Shown here: positions 9,785-19,006 of the stretch, piece after piece
Layout: each line of letters starts with the position of its first letter
Position numbering within the stretch: the stretch's first letter is position 1
Program-made: the position numbers and the translations under genes
Notes under the pieces: generated by a model
Database searches by the model: none
What the model saw: the letters and a program-made list of their open reading frames with translations, nothing else
What the model was told of the DNA's origin: nothing
DNA from: Candidatus Levyibacteriota bacterium
GTDB lineage: Bacteria; Patescibacteriota; Microgenomatia; Levybacterales; UBA12049
Assembly (NCBI GenBank): GCA_016182235.1
Contig: JACOXT010000003.1
Span: 386,209-450,208, forward strand
Direction of reading: 5' to 3'
DNA length: 64,000 bases

Positions 9785-9793
9785 ATTATAGCA
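9785..9793 (-). promoter_or_regulatory. Extended -10 promoter TGCTATAAT driving the sORF and the 9174-9683 gene
   Basis: The minus strand reads TGCTATAAT. Predicted +1 at 9778. Confidence 0.4.
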
Positions 9794-9811
9794 TTAGATG
9801 TCTTTTATTGA

Positions 9812-9840
9812 TTGACGATAGTAAGGTATTTTGGTATTCT
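9812..9840 (+). promoter_or_regulatory. Sigma70-type promoter TTGACG-17-TATTCT; +1 coincides with ATG 9847 (leaderless)
   Basis: TTGACG at 9812-9817, a 17-nt spacer, and TATTCT at 9835-9840. Seven nucleotides downstream is 9847. Confidence 0.4.
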
Positions 9841-9846
9841 TGTGAC

Positions 9847-10239
9847 ATGAGCTTACGGGTAGCATGGAAAGTAAAACCTTTTTTTAAAGATGAGCGGGGA
9901 GAAATGTCTCATCTGCTAAAAGACAAACAAAAGATAAATGGAGCGTTACTTATTACCTGTAAAAAAGGCTCCATCCGCGCAAACCATTATCATAAAAAAG
10001 ACACACATTATTCCTACGTGCTAAAAGGAAGCATGGAATATGTATACAAAGATCTCAGCAATAAAGATTCAAAGAAAAAAAGTGTAATTGTTAAAGAAGG
10101 CGAAATTGTAGAAACTCCCCCAATGGTTATGCATGCAATGAAATTTTTGGAAGATTCAATTTTTATTGCATTGACAACAGAGGAAAGAGATCGAGGTAGA
10201 TATGAAAAAGATACAGTTAGAATCCAACTTATTTCATGA
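9847..10239 (+). CDS. Cupin-fold NDP-sugar isomerase/epimerase (FdtA/WxcM- or RmlC-like)
   Basis: FKDERGEMSHLL, GSIRANHYHKKDTHYSYVLKG and ETPPMVMHAM form a small cupin barrel. ATG 9847 is preferred over the track's TTG 9808 because of the promoter geometry. Confidence 0.6.
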   Translation: MSLRVAWKVKPFFKDERGEMSHLLKDKQKINGALLITCKKGSIRANHYHKKDTHYSYVLKGSMEYVYKDLSNKDSKKKSVIVKEGEIVETPPMVMHAMKFLEDSIFIALTTEERDRGRYEKDTVRIQLIS

Positions 10240-11483
10240 AGCAAGAACTTATAGAAAAAATTTCTAAATGTAGGGTTTGTAAAAAAAATGATTTTTCAAA
10301 AGTACTTTCCTTTGGGCCAACTCCGCTTGCAAATGCATTTATAACAAGAGAGAAAGTTAATAGGGAGGAATATTTTTACCCACTAGACGTGTATTTTTGT
10401 AATAACTGTAAATTTCTAACTCTTGGTCATGTTGTCTCGCCAGTTGTTCTTTTTAAAGATTACGTCTATGTCTCCTCAACTTCCCCTATCTTTGTAAATC
10501 ATTTTAAAGTGTTTGCTGACGATATACACAGAAGGTTTATTCTTAATAAAGAATCTTTAATTATAGATATCGGAAGTAACGACGGTATTCTTTTGAAACC
10601 CTTTAAGGTATTGGGGTCAAAAGTACTTGGAATTGAACCCGCTCAAAAGATTGCAAAAGTTGCTCAAAAAGATGGAATAGAGACGTTAGCAGAATTTTTT
10701 AATGTTGCCCTCTCAAAAAAAATCGTAGGAAAATTTGGAAAAGCGAAAGTAATAACTGCAACTAATGTATTTGCTCATATAGACGATTTAGATGAAGTAA
10801 TTAATGGCCTTGATATTCTTCTTGAGGGTGATGGTGTATTTATTATGGAAGCACCATATTTGGTGGATTTTTTGGAAAAGAGATACTTTGACCTTGTATA
10901 TCATGAGCACTTATCTTATTGGTCAATTAATTCCCTGAAGGTGTTATTCAGACGCTTTAATATGCAAGTCTTTGATGTTAAGAAAGTTCCCGTGCATGGG
11001 GGGACAATTCGTGTGTTTGTCAAGAAAAAATTCGGCAAATATAGACTTGAAAAAAATGTCGAACAATTTTTAAAACTTGAGGAAAAATGGGGACTGGACA
11101 AGAAACAGACATACCTAGATTTCGCCGATAAAGTTTTAGAAAATAAAGTAAAGCTACTTGAACTTCTTAGAGAACTTAAATCAAAAGGCAAAAGCATTGC
11201 GGGATATGGGGCGCCTGCAAAAGGCAATACTCTTTTAAATTATTTTAGTATTGGTCTTGATTTTTTAGAGTATATTGTTGATGATAGTCCATGGAAACAA
11301 GGCTTATATAGTCCAGGAAAACGAATTCCGGTAGTTGAATCTTCAGAGATTTATAAAAACAGGGTAGACTTTTTACTTATTCTTGCATGGAATTTTGCAG
11401 ATCCCATCATAAAGAAGCATGATAAATTTAAAGAATCCGGAGGAAAATTTATAGTTCCAGTACCTACCCCAAAAGTTATCTAA
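10236..11483 (+). CDS. NDP-sugar C-methyltransferase family protein (TylC3-type: Zn-ribbon + class I MT + C-methyltransferase C-terminal domain)
   Basis: N-terminal CRVCKKN...YFCNNCKF zinc ribbon, IIDIGSNDGILL SAM motif, and C-terminal GYGAPAKGNTLLNY Rossmann-like domain. ATGA overlap with the upstream gene. Confidence 0.7.
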   Translation: MKQELIEKISKCRVCKKNDFSKVLSFGPTPLANAFITREKVNREEYFYPLDVYFCNNCKFLTLGHVVSPVVLFKDYVYVSSTSPIFVNHFKVFADDIHRRFILNKESLIIDIGSNDGILLKPFKVLGSKVLGIEPAQKIAKVAQKDGIETLAEFFNVALSKKIVGKFGKAKVITATNVFAHIDDLDEVINGLDILLEGDGVFIMEAPYLVDFLEKRYFDLVYHEHLSYWSINSLKVLFRRFNMQVFDVKKVPVHGGTIRVFVKKKFGKYRLEKNVEQFLKLEEKWGLDKKQTYLDFADKVLENKVKLLELLRELKSKGKSIAGYGAPAKGNTLLNYFSIGLDFLEYIVDDSPWKQGLYSPGKRIPVVESSEIYKNRVDFLLILAWNFADPIIKKHDKFKESGGKFIVPVPTPKVI

Positions 11484-11485
11484 AT

Positions 11486-12544
11486 ATGTCGCAATCAGTA
11501 ATTAAGCAAGATATTAAAAGAATTATTCAAGGACTAGGCAATGAATCTTTGGGACTTTCCGGCAAAACTCTTCTAATTTCGGGAGGAGCAGGATTTTTAG
11601 GGAGCTATATTTTATCAACTATTCACGAGCTTAATAAAAAATATTCAAAACCATGCAGAGTGATTTCTATAGACAATTTCATTACCGGGAAAAAAAGAAG
11701 AATAGTTGCTGAAATAGTTGATCGAAATTTTATTTTTATCGAAGCAGACGTTACTAAGCCTATCAATGTAAAAGAAAAAATTGATTACATTATCCACGCA
11801 GCAGGTCTTGCTTCGCCTGTTTATTATCAGAAATATCCGTTGGAAACTATTGAAAGTGCAATATTTGGGGCAAAGAATCTTTTGGAAATTGCCCGAAAAA
11901 AGAGTGTCAAAAGTTTTCTGTATTTTTCTTCAAGTGAAATTTATGGCGATCCAGATCCAAATTTTATTCCAACCCCAGAAACATATAGGGGAAATGTTTC
12001 AAGTATTGGGCCAAGATCATGCTATGATGAGTCTAAGCGATTGGGAGAAACGTTGTGCATGGTTTATCATTCTTTATATGGAATATCTGTAAAAATTGTT
12101 AGGCCCTTTAATATTTATGGTCCAGGTATGCTTCAAGACGATTACCGAGTAATTCCTACTTTTATTAGTCAAGCATTGGTAAAAAAACCTCTGACAGTTC
12201 ACGATTTGGGGAATCAGACCCGTACTTTTTGTTACATTAGTGATGCAATAGTAGGTTTTTTGAAAGTTTTACTATCAAGAGAAAATGGGCAAGTTTATAA
12301 CGTGGGGAATGACGATAATGAGATCAGCATGCTCGGTCTTGCCACGATTGTCAAAAAGATCTTTAACGGAAAAGTTGTAATTCAAACTATTAAATATCCA
12401 AAAAATTATCCTCAAGAAGAACCAAAACGACGATGTCCAGACTTGACGAAAATAAAGACAAGATTAAAATATAGACCAAAAGTAGATTTGGAAAAAGGTT
12501 TAAGACGAGTAGTGAAATGGTACAGAGATGAGCATATTATATGA
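11486..12544 (+). CDS. Extended SDR, UDP-glucuronate decarboxylase (UXS)-like dehydratase/decarboxylase
   Basis: ISGGAGFLGSYI, FSSSEIYGDP (Ser-x-Glu signature), CYDESKRLGE (YxxxK) and VRPFNIYGPGM. Confidence 0.7.
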   Translation: MSQSVIKQDIKRIIQGLGNESLGLSGKTLLISGGAGFLGSYILSTIHELNKKYSKPCRVISIDNFITGKKRRIVAEIVDRNFIFIEADVTKPINVKEKIDYIIHAAGLASPVYYQKYPLETIESAIFGAKNLLEIARKKSVKSFLYFSSSEIYGDPDPNFIPTPETYRGNVSSIGPRSCYDESKRLGETLCMVYHSLYGISVKIVRPFNIYGPGMLQDDYRVIPTFISQALVKKPLTVHDLGNQTRTFCYISDAIVGFLKVLLSRENGQVYNVGNDDNEISMLGLATIVKKIFNGKVVIQTIKYPKNYPQEEPKRRCPDLTKIKTRLKYRPKVDLEKGLRRVVKWYRDEHII

Positions 12545-13449
12545 TAACCCTTGCATTGGTAGGAAGAGGAAGATGGGGGAGAAATTATATAAATACAATC
12601 AAAACTCTTTCCTCATGTAAGTTGCCAGACAAATTTATAAAAACTACCGATTATAAACACCTACTTATTGAGAAAAATATTGATGGAGTAATTATCGCAA
12701 CACCGGCTTCCACTCATTTTCAAATATCAAAAGAATTTTTGGAGAAAGGATTTAATATTTTGATAGAAAAACCTATGACAACAAACTATAAAGATGCTCT
12801 AGAGTTATTTAAGCTAGCCAGAAGTAAAAAGAATATTGTGATGGTAGGACATATTTATCTTTATAACCCAGCTTTTTTAGAAGTAAAAAGGATATTCAAC
12901 TATCTTGGCAAAATAAAATATATAACTTTTGAGGGTATGGACTATGGACCCATAAGGGCAGATATTTCCGCTTTATGGGATTGGGCTCCTCATGATATTT
13001 CTATGGCAATTGATCTTCTTGGGAGTTTACCTGTTGAGGTATGTGGATATGGTTTAAGCGCGCTCCGCCCAAATACAAAATATTATGATATGTGTTCTTT
13101 GAAGCTTAAATTTCCAAAAGATATTTTTGTTTTTATAAACGTTAGCTGGCTATCTAGAGTTAAGAAAAGGAACATGGTTATAGTTGGGGAAAAGGCAACG
13201 TTAGTTTTTGATGACACGAAAAAAAAGAAAATAATCCTTATCAACAATTTAGGCAACAAAAAAACATATTATCCTTCTTTCTCTAATAAATCACCATTAA
13301 CTATGGAAATAGTAAGCTTTGTAGATCTAATCAAAAATAAAGGAAGAACAAAAAGCTTCAGCTTAAAGATGGGCCTTGATGTAGTAAGAGTACTTGAGGC
13401 GTGTGATAAATCAATTCAAGCTCATGGAAAGACAATAAAAATTGACTGA
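12541..13449 (+). CDS. Gfo/Idh/MocA-family NAD(P)-dependent oxidoreductase
   Basis: LALVGRGRWGRNYI Rossmann motif and GVIIATPASTHFQISKEFLEKGFNILIEKPM (EKP motif). ATGA overlap. Confidence 0.8.
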   Translation: MITLALVGRGRWGRNYINTIKTLSSCKLPDKFIKTTDYKHLLIEKNIDGVIIATPASTHFQISKEFLEKGFNILIEKPMTTNYKDALELFKLARSKKNIVMVGHIYLYNPAFLEVKRIFNYLGKIKYITFEGMDYGPIRADISALWDWAPHDISMAIDLLGSLPVEVCGYGLSALRPNTKYYDMCSLKLKFPKDIFVFINVSWLSRVKKRNMVIVGEKATLVFDDTKKKKIILINNLGNKKTYYPSFSNKSPLTMEIVSFVDLIKNKGRTKSFSLKMGLDVVRVLEACDKSIQAHGKTIKID

Positions 13450-13462
13450 CAACCTTGAAGAT

Positions 13463-14602
13463 ATGGATACAAATCAAAAAATTGTAATTGTAACGCATGA
13501 AACATTTTACGGAGTCCCTCATGCGTTGCGAGACTATCTCTTAAGCAAAAAAGTAGATAAACTAATTTTTATCGGCCTTCCTTTTATTGAGCAAAGAAAA
13601 TCTTCTTTCACTCTCTATAAAAACGGTGATGTTGTTTTGAAAAAACAGATTAATCAAATTGCTTTTGGACTAACAAGTTATATCTTAGACTTTTTTTTAG
13701 TCGTTTATTGGATGATAAAACAAAAAGAGAAATATAACTTATTTATTGGCATAGATGTTCTTAACGGATTGACAGGTTTATTTCTTAAAAAATTAGGCAG
13801 GGTTGATAAGTTTATTTTTTATGCTATGGATTTTGCTCCGATACGCTTTTCAAATAATTTGCTTAATTTTATATACCACAAAATAGAGGAGGTCTGTGTG
13901 AAGAATGCCGATGAGGTTTGGAACGTATCTCCAAGAATTGCGGAGGGAAGAGATAGATTTCTCCATATAGATACATTTAAATACCCTCAAAAAGTTGTAA
14001 ATTCCGGGATATGGATAAAAAAAATTAAGAGATTTCCTTTTGGTAAGGTGAAAAAGCATCAATTGCTTTTTCTAGGCCACGTTCTGGAAAAACAAGGGTT
14101 GCAAATGGTTCTTCAAGCAATACCAATAGTTGTAGAAAAAATTCCTGATTTCAAATTCTTGATACTTGGAGGGGGAGAGTATGAAGATAGTTTAAGAAAA
14201 TTGGCAGAAAGATTGAAAATAAAAAAGCATATTGAATTTAAGGGATGGATAAAAGACAGGAAAATAATAGACGCGACTCTTGGGGAAAGCGCTGCTGCAA
14301 TAGTCGCATATATTCCAGAAAAAGAAAGAATATATAACTTTTCTTATTATGGTGATCCAATAAAGATTAAAGAATATCTGGCATCTGGATTACCTGTTAT
14401 TTTAACAGATGTTCCTCACAACGCTAAAGAAATCGAAAGAAAAAACTGCGGGATTGTAATTGATTATAATAAAGAGGAAATATCAAGGGCGATTATAGCT
14501 CTTATGTCTTCAGAATTAACACTAAGAAAATATCGAGAAAATGCTTTCAAATATGCTAAGGAATTTGACTGGAATGTTATATTTTCCAAAGCATTATCTT
14601 AG
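13463..14602 (+). CDS. Glycosyltransferase family 4 (GT-B)
   Basis: C-terminal GT-B region LLFLGHVLEKQGLQ...KEYLASGLPVILTDV. Paralogues lie at 45715-46881 and 56021-57229. The first ATG is at 13463; the track uses TTG 13442. Confidence 0.75.
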   Translation: MDTNQKIVIVTHETFYGVPHALRDYLLSKKVDKLIFIGLPFIEQRKSSFTLYKNGDVVLKKQINQIAFGLTSYILDFFLVVYWMIKQKEKYNLFIGIDVLNGLTGLFLKKLGRVDKFIFYAMDFAPIRFSNNLLNFIYHKIEEVCVKNADEVWNVSPRIAEGRDRFLHIDTFKYPQKVVNSGIWIKKIKRFPFGKVKKHQLLFLGHVLEKQGLQMVLQAIPIVVEKIPDFKFLILGGGEYEDSLRKLAERLKIKKHIEFKGWIKDRKIIDATLGESAAAIVAYIPEKERIYNFSYYGDPIKIKEYLASGLPVILTDVPHNAKEIERKNCGIVIDYNKEEISRAIIALMSSELTLRKYRENAFKYAKEFDWNVIFSKALS

Positions 14603-14616
14603 GAAGAATTAATTGA

Positions 14617-16836
14617 ATGTTGTCCTACATTAAAAAAAATAAAATACTATTTCTTGTATTATTATTTGCTTTTGTAATTCGTATTGTAGGTATTTTTCCA
14701 GGACACCCTCCAAATCATCCAGATGAGCCAATGAGTTTTGGATCTGCAATTGAGATGTTAATGAATAATGATTTGAATCCTCGAAGATTTGATTACCCGG
14801 CTGGAGTTCCCCTTCTACATTTTTTGTTTTTTAAATCAATCATTCTTCCGCATTTGCTTTTTATTAAATCTATCCAAAATCCAGATATTTTCATATCGTC
14901 GTTAAATCCTGCAATTAATATTTATAGAGAATATTCAGAGCTAATTTTTGGAAGAAACGGAATTATCTTACTTTTTTGGTCAAGATTTCTAACCGCCTTT
15001 TTAGGAACGGCTTCGGTTTTTTTAGTTTATAAAATAGGACAAAAATTATTTAATTCGCACGTCGGGCTTATATCAGCTTTTTTTCTTACATTTAATTATA
15101 GACACGATCTTTCAAGTCACTTAGCTCTTTCAGATATTCCTAATAGTTTTTTCGTTCTTCTTGCTTTTTATGCATGCGTTTTGCTTTTGGAAAAAAATAC
15201 AATGAGAAGGTATTTATTTACCGGTGTTTGTGTTGGATTATCGGTTTCAATGAAATATCAGATATTTGCATTATTTCCGTTCTTGTTTGTTCAATTAATT
15301 TGGATATTTAAGAAGAAAAATATTGGCGAATTTTTTAACAAAAATTTTATACTTTCCTTGACTATAGTTCCGGTTATATTTTGTCTTTTAAACATATATC
15401 TTTTGTTAAATCTTGAAACCGCGTTGCCAGTAATTGAGTACGTTGGTAAAAGATATGGGGTAGGTCAATATAATCATCTCAATTACTATGCGATTTTCAA
15501 TCTCTACAAATGGGGAATAGGTCCTCTTCCATTTCTCTCTATAATCTTAGGGATCCTAGTTTTGAGTCTGAGACAATTTAAAAAATCACTATTTTTGTTA
15601 TCTTATGTCTTGGTTTTTATGTATGTGTTTCTTTATTATTCTTCTGGTGGTGCATATGTTCGCAATTTTACTACAGTTATCCCTCTTTTGATGATATTTG
15701 CAGGATATGGATTCTACCAACTTACTTTATCAATAAAGTTTTTTAATAAAAAAAAACTCAATGTATTTTTAATAGTTTTACTTATTTTTATTAATTTGGA
15801 GCCAATAAAAAATTCTATTATACTTGCGAAAGACTATTCAAGACCATGGAGTAGGGATGTTTTGGATGCATGGGTGGAAGAAAATATGCCAGAAGGATCT
15901 AATGTGAGGAATGATAATTTAGGGATATCTTCAACTATTTCTAAAGCATTGAATGTATATCATTGGGAGCATGCGCAAGAGAACTCTATCGAAGAGTTGA
16001 TTGACGCTCGAGATGATTTTGCTGTACTGAATATTGCTTGGCATCAAATATTTTTCTTATGGAGTGATACAAGAATTGAATATTCGGAAATTTTAAAATA
16101 TATGGATATTCCATACAGGAAATTAAAGGATACTTATTATAATTTGGCGCTTGAGGAATTTAAGAATTATACAATATTTGAGACATACAAATCTTGGCAA
16201 GCACCTGAAGATAGCTATTTTATTATCAAAGTTCCACTTTTTCCAAAAGATCGAGGAAAAAGGATAAAAGAATTTAATTTCACAGAAAACATAGGGGGAT
16301 GGAAATTTTACGATTTTAGCGGATCTAACACGATTGAAAAGATTGTCTGGAACGATGGTGAGGGTAGTGAGGAGGTTGGAAGCTTGGAGATGACGGCTGA
16401 TATTTATAATGCTGAATTCTCCCGACTTATCTCCCCGTTTATAAAAATTATCCCGGGGAGAAAATATTTGATCGAGGCATATGTTAAAAACGGTATAGAA
16501 TTGAAAGAAAATCAGAGGGACGGATTTTTTAGAATAGATGTATTTAACGGTTCAAATTTTAATTCCCTTTCTCAAGGCGGATTAACAACAGCGGTATCAG
16601 GAAGAATATACGGCCCAATTTCCTGGAAGAAAAAAAGAATTTTATTAAAAGTGCCAGAAAATGGAAACTACTTAACAATAAGCTTTCAAAGGTCCTCATT
16701 GGGGGCACAAATACCCTATTTTTTAGATGATATTGTTGTTTATGAAATTAAAAATATTCCCAATCGTTTTCCGAAAATACCATATGTAAAAGTAACTATG
16801 CCTGATTCGACAATTTTCCCTATCGGAATCTACTAA
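14617..16836 (+). CDS. GT-C-like polytopic membrane glycosyltransferase fused to a C-terminal CBM/galactose-binding-like beta-sandwich domain
   Basis: GHPPNHPDEPMSFGSA (DE motif after TM1) and at least 10 TM segments. The soluble C-terminal ~190 aa (GGWKFYDFSG...GSLEMTADIYNAEFSRLISPFIKIIPGRKYLIEAYVKNG...FLDDIVVYEI) resembles CBM4_9-type modules. Confidence 0.6.
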   Translation: MLSYIKKNKILFLVLLFAFVIRIVGIFPGHPPNHPDEPMSFGSAIEMLMNNDLNPRRFDYPAGVPLLHFLFFKSIILPHLLFIKSIQNPDIFISSLNPAINIYREYSELIFGRNGIILLFWSRFLTAFLGTASVFLVYKIGQKLFNSHVGLISAFFLTFNYRHDLSSHLALSDIPNSFFVLLAFYACVLLLEKNTMRRYLFTGVCVGLSVSMKYQIFALFPFLFVQLIWIFKKKNIGEFFNKNFILSLTIVPVIFCLLNIYLLLNLETALPVIEYVGKRYGVGQYNHLNYYAIFNLYKWGIGPLPFLSIILGILVLSLRQFKKSLFLLSYVLVFMYVFLYYSSGGAYVRNFTTVIPLLMIFAGYGFYQLTLSIKFFNKKKLNVFLIVLLIFINLEPIKNSIILAKDYSRPWSRDVLDAWVEENMPEGSNVRNDNLGISSTISKALNVYHWEHAQENSIEELIDARDDFAVLNIAWHQIFFLWSDTRIEYSEILKYMDIPYRKLKDTYYNLALEEFKNYTIFETYKSWQAPEDSYFIIKVPLFPKDRGKRIKEFNFTENIGGWKFYDFSGSNTIEKIVWNDGEGSEEVGSLEMTADIYNAEFSRLISPFIKIIPGRKYLIEAYVKNGIELKENQRDGFFRIDVFNGSNFNSLSQGGLTTAVSGRIYGPISWKKKRILLKVPENGNYLTISFQRSSLGAQIPYFLDDIVVYEIKNIPNRFPKIPYVKVTMPDSTIFPIGIY

Positions 16837-17585
16837 TTATTTTTCTTAAGTTCAATTGTATAGAACATGCCAATGTAAGGATTAAATTTTTTTAGTAATT
16901 TTTCTATATTATTGAAAAGCTCGTATGTGAATGAAGGAACAAGTTGAGGGAATCTTAATCCGCCACTCAATAGATACATAAAGGGCGTATGAGGCTTAAT
17001 ATTTAATATTTTAAGATATGGGAACAATCTCTCAAATATTTGTCTATCTCTTACGAATACAATCCAGGGAAGCGATAAATTAGAGCTAGACATAGGTCCT
17101 TTAGGTTTAAATTTCCAAATTGCTTTGGGATTAAATAGTTCATGGTGAAAATATTTATATATAAAACCTCCCCATAAGGTATTTGCCGGCTCTATCATAA
17201 TAATTTTGCCTCCTTTTTTTAAACAACGATTTAATTCATTGAACATTCTTCTTACATCTGAAACATGATGCATAACGTCAATCATTAAAAATGCATCTAC
17301 ACTATTTTTCTCAAAGGGAATATCAAGCGCAGAGAATTGCATATCTATATTTTTAAGTTTCATAATATCGGAAGTTATTGCTTGAGGTACAATTTCTTTT
17401 ATAAATCCGCCCCCACTGCCGAGCTCAACAATTACCTTATTCCCTAAAGGAGAAATGTATAACCGTAGTTGTTTATAAAAGTCAATATAAATATTTCTTA
17501 GATAAGGCTTTTTTTGGATAAGGTCAGCATGATAATTTTCTATTGTTTTTGGATCGTCTATATTGCGACTTTTTAGGAAAAACAT
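16833..17585 (-). CDS. Class I SAM-dependent methyltransferase (Methyltransf_11-like)
   Basis: VELGSGGGFIKE motif I, DAFLMIDVMHHV and LKKGGKIIMIEP. Confidence 0.8.
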   Translation of the reverse strand: MFFLKSRNIDDPKTIENYHADLIQKKPYLRNIYIDFYKQLRLYISPLGNKVIVELGSGGGFIKEIVPQAITSDIMKLKNIDMQFSALDIPFEKNSVDAFLMIDVMHHVSDVRRMFNELNRCLKKGGKIIMIEPANTLWGGFIYKYFHHELFNPKAIWKFKPKGPMSSSNLSLPWIVFVRDRQIFERLFPYLKILNIKPHTPFMYLLSGGLRFPQLVPSFTYELFNNIEKLLKKFNPYIGMFYTIELKKNN

Positions 17586-17587
17586 AA

Positions 17588-19003
17588 TTACACAAACTTT
17601 AATTTCTTAGCAGCTATAAGTGTCATGCGAAGCAAAAGCCAGCCATGCGTAAAACGACTAATATTTGTAGTCCCATAACTTCTAGCCTTATACCTTATCG
17701 GAATTTCTATGATTTTCAAATTTAATTTTGAAGCTCCAAAGATAAGGTCATAATCTCCGAAGGGATCAAAATCACCAAAATAGGATCTATTTTTCTTAAT
17801 TTTTTCATAGTCTTTTCTGAATAACGCTTTTGTTCCACACAAAGTATCCTTGATTGGCTGATCTAAAAGAAACGAAAATGCAATGCTGAATAACTTATTG
17901 CCAATAATATTTAAAAATTTCATTGCTTGATGTTCCATTGGATAAACAAGACGGCTTCCCTGCACAAGTTCTCCTTTTCTTGTCCGCAGTGACTGATAAA
18001 ATTTGGGAAGATCAGCGGGGGATACCGTAAGGTCAGCATCAAACACAACGCAGATCTCGTGTTTTGCAACGTCAAAACCAAGGCGGACAGCGTCTGCCTT
18101 ACCAATTCCTTTTTTTTGGTCAATTAAAATTATATCTTTTTTTTCTTTATATTTTTTTATTATTCTTTCAATTTCATTTTTTGTGTTATCTTTTGAGTGT
18201 CCCTCAATAAAAATATATTCCATTTTTGTTCCAAGGTTTGGAACTTCTTTAAGTATGCGTTCGATATTTCCTGCTTCGTTTCGCGCTGGGATAATAAGAG
18301 AAACAGAGTAGTCGGAATTTGAATGTAAATACGGCATTTGTCTTGCGATAAAGTACTGAACAAGACACAAGTGTTTTATAAGAGGTAGTCTTGCAATAAA
18401 TTTATTTATAAAATTAGAAATGAATGGAATTTTGAGAGGAATAAGAATAAGTGTTCCTTTTTTTATGACCTCGAAATTAGCAAGCTTTAGAAGGTTTTCA
18501 ATGTCCTCCTGAGAAAGCCAATTTTGGGGTGGCTGGGGCATTTTTAATCCAACACGTTCTATTAAATTTAAAATAGGTTCCCAAAGAGTATTGTAATAAG
18601 TAATTACAATTCTAGTATTTGAGTTTGCCACTTTATGTAGCTCATCAAATGATTTTTGTATATCTTCAAGATTCCCAATAACGTCAGATAAGATTACGTA
18701 ATCAAATTTCTCCTGTATAGTAAGTGCCTGTGCATCCATTTGAACGAAGCGTAATCGTTGGTATTTCTTTCGTGCAATTTCAATCATTCTTTCTGCTATA
18801 TCGATTCCCATGCCGTATGATGGGGAAGTAGCGTTTAGAAGATCTCCAGTTCCGCAGCCTATCTCCAAAACTCGACTGAGTTTGGGGATAAGAAATGAAT
18901 ATAACTTTTCTAAAGAGTCATGGTAGTATTTTGCCTTCTTTTTCCATTTAGCTCTTGAAACAGCAACGACATTAAAGTGTTGACGGACTTTTTCGGTTAG
19001 CAT
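17588..19003 (-). CDS. Bifunctional class I methyltransferase / GT2 (polyprenyl-phosphate sugar synthase-like) fusion
   Basis: The N-terminal half has VLEIGCGTGDLLN. The C-terminal half has SLIIPARNEAGNI, FIEGHSKDNT, GKADAVRLGF and the DxD motif VVFDADLTV. Confidence 0.8.
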   Translation of the reverse strand: MLTEKVRQHFNVVAVSRAKWKKKAKYYHDSLEKLYSFLIPKLSRVLEIGCGTGDLLNATSPSYGMGIDIAERMIEIARKKYQRLRFVQMDAQALTIQEKFDYVILSDVIGNLEDIQKSFDELHKVANSNTRIVITYYNTLWEPILNLIERVGLKMPQPPQNWLSQEDIENLLKLANFEVIKKGTLILIPLKIPFISNFINKFIARLPLIKHLCLVQYFIARQMPYLHSNSDYSVSLIIPARNEAGNIERILKEVPNLGTKMEYIFIEGHSKDNTKNEIERIIKKYKEKKDIILIDQKKGIGKADAVRLGFDVAKHEICVVFDADLTVSPADLPKFYQSLRTRKGELVQGSRLVYPMEHQAMKFLNIIGNKLFSIAFSFLLDQPIKDTLCGTKALFRKDYEKIKKNRSYFGDFDPFGDYDLIFGASKLNLKIIEIPIRYKARSYGTTNISRFTHGWLLLRMTLIAAKKLKFV

Positions 19004-19006
19004 ATT

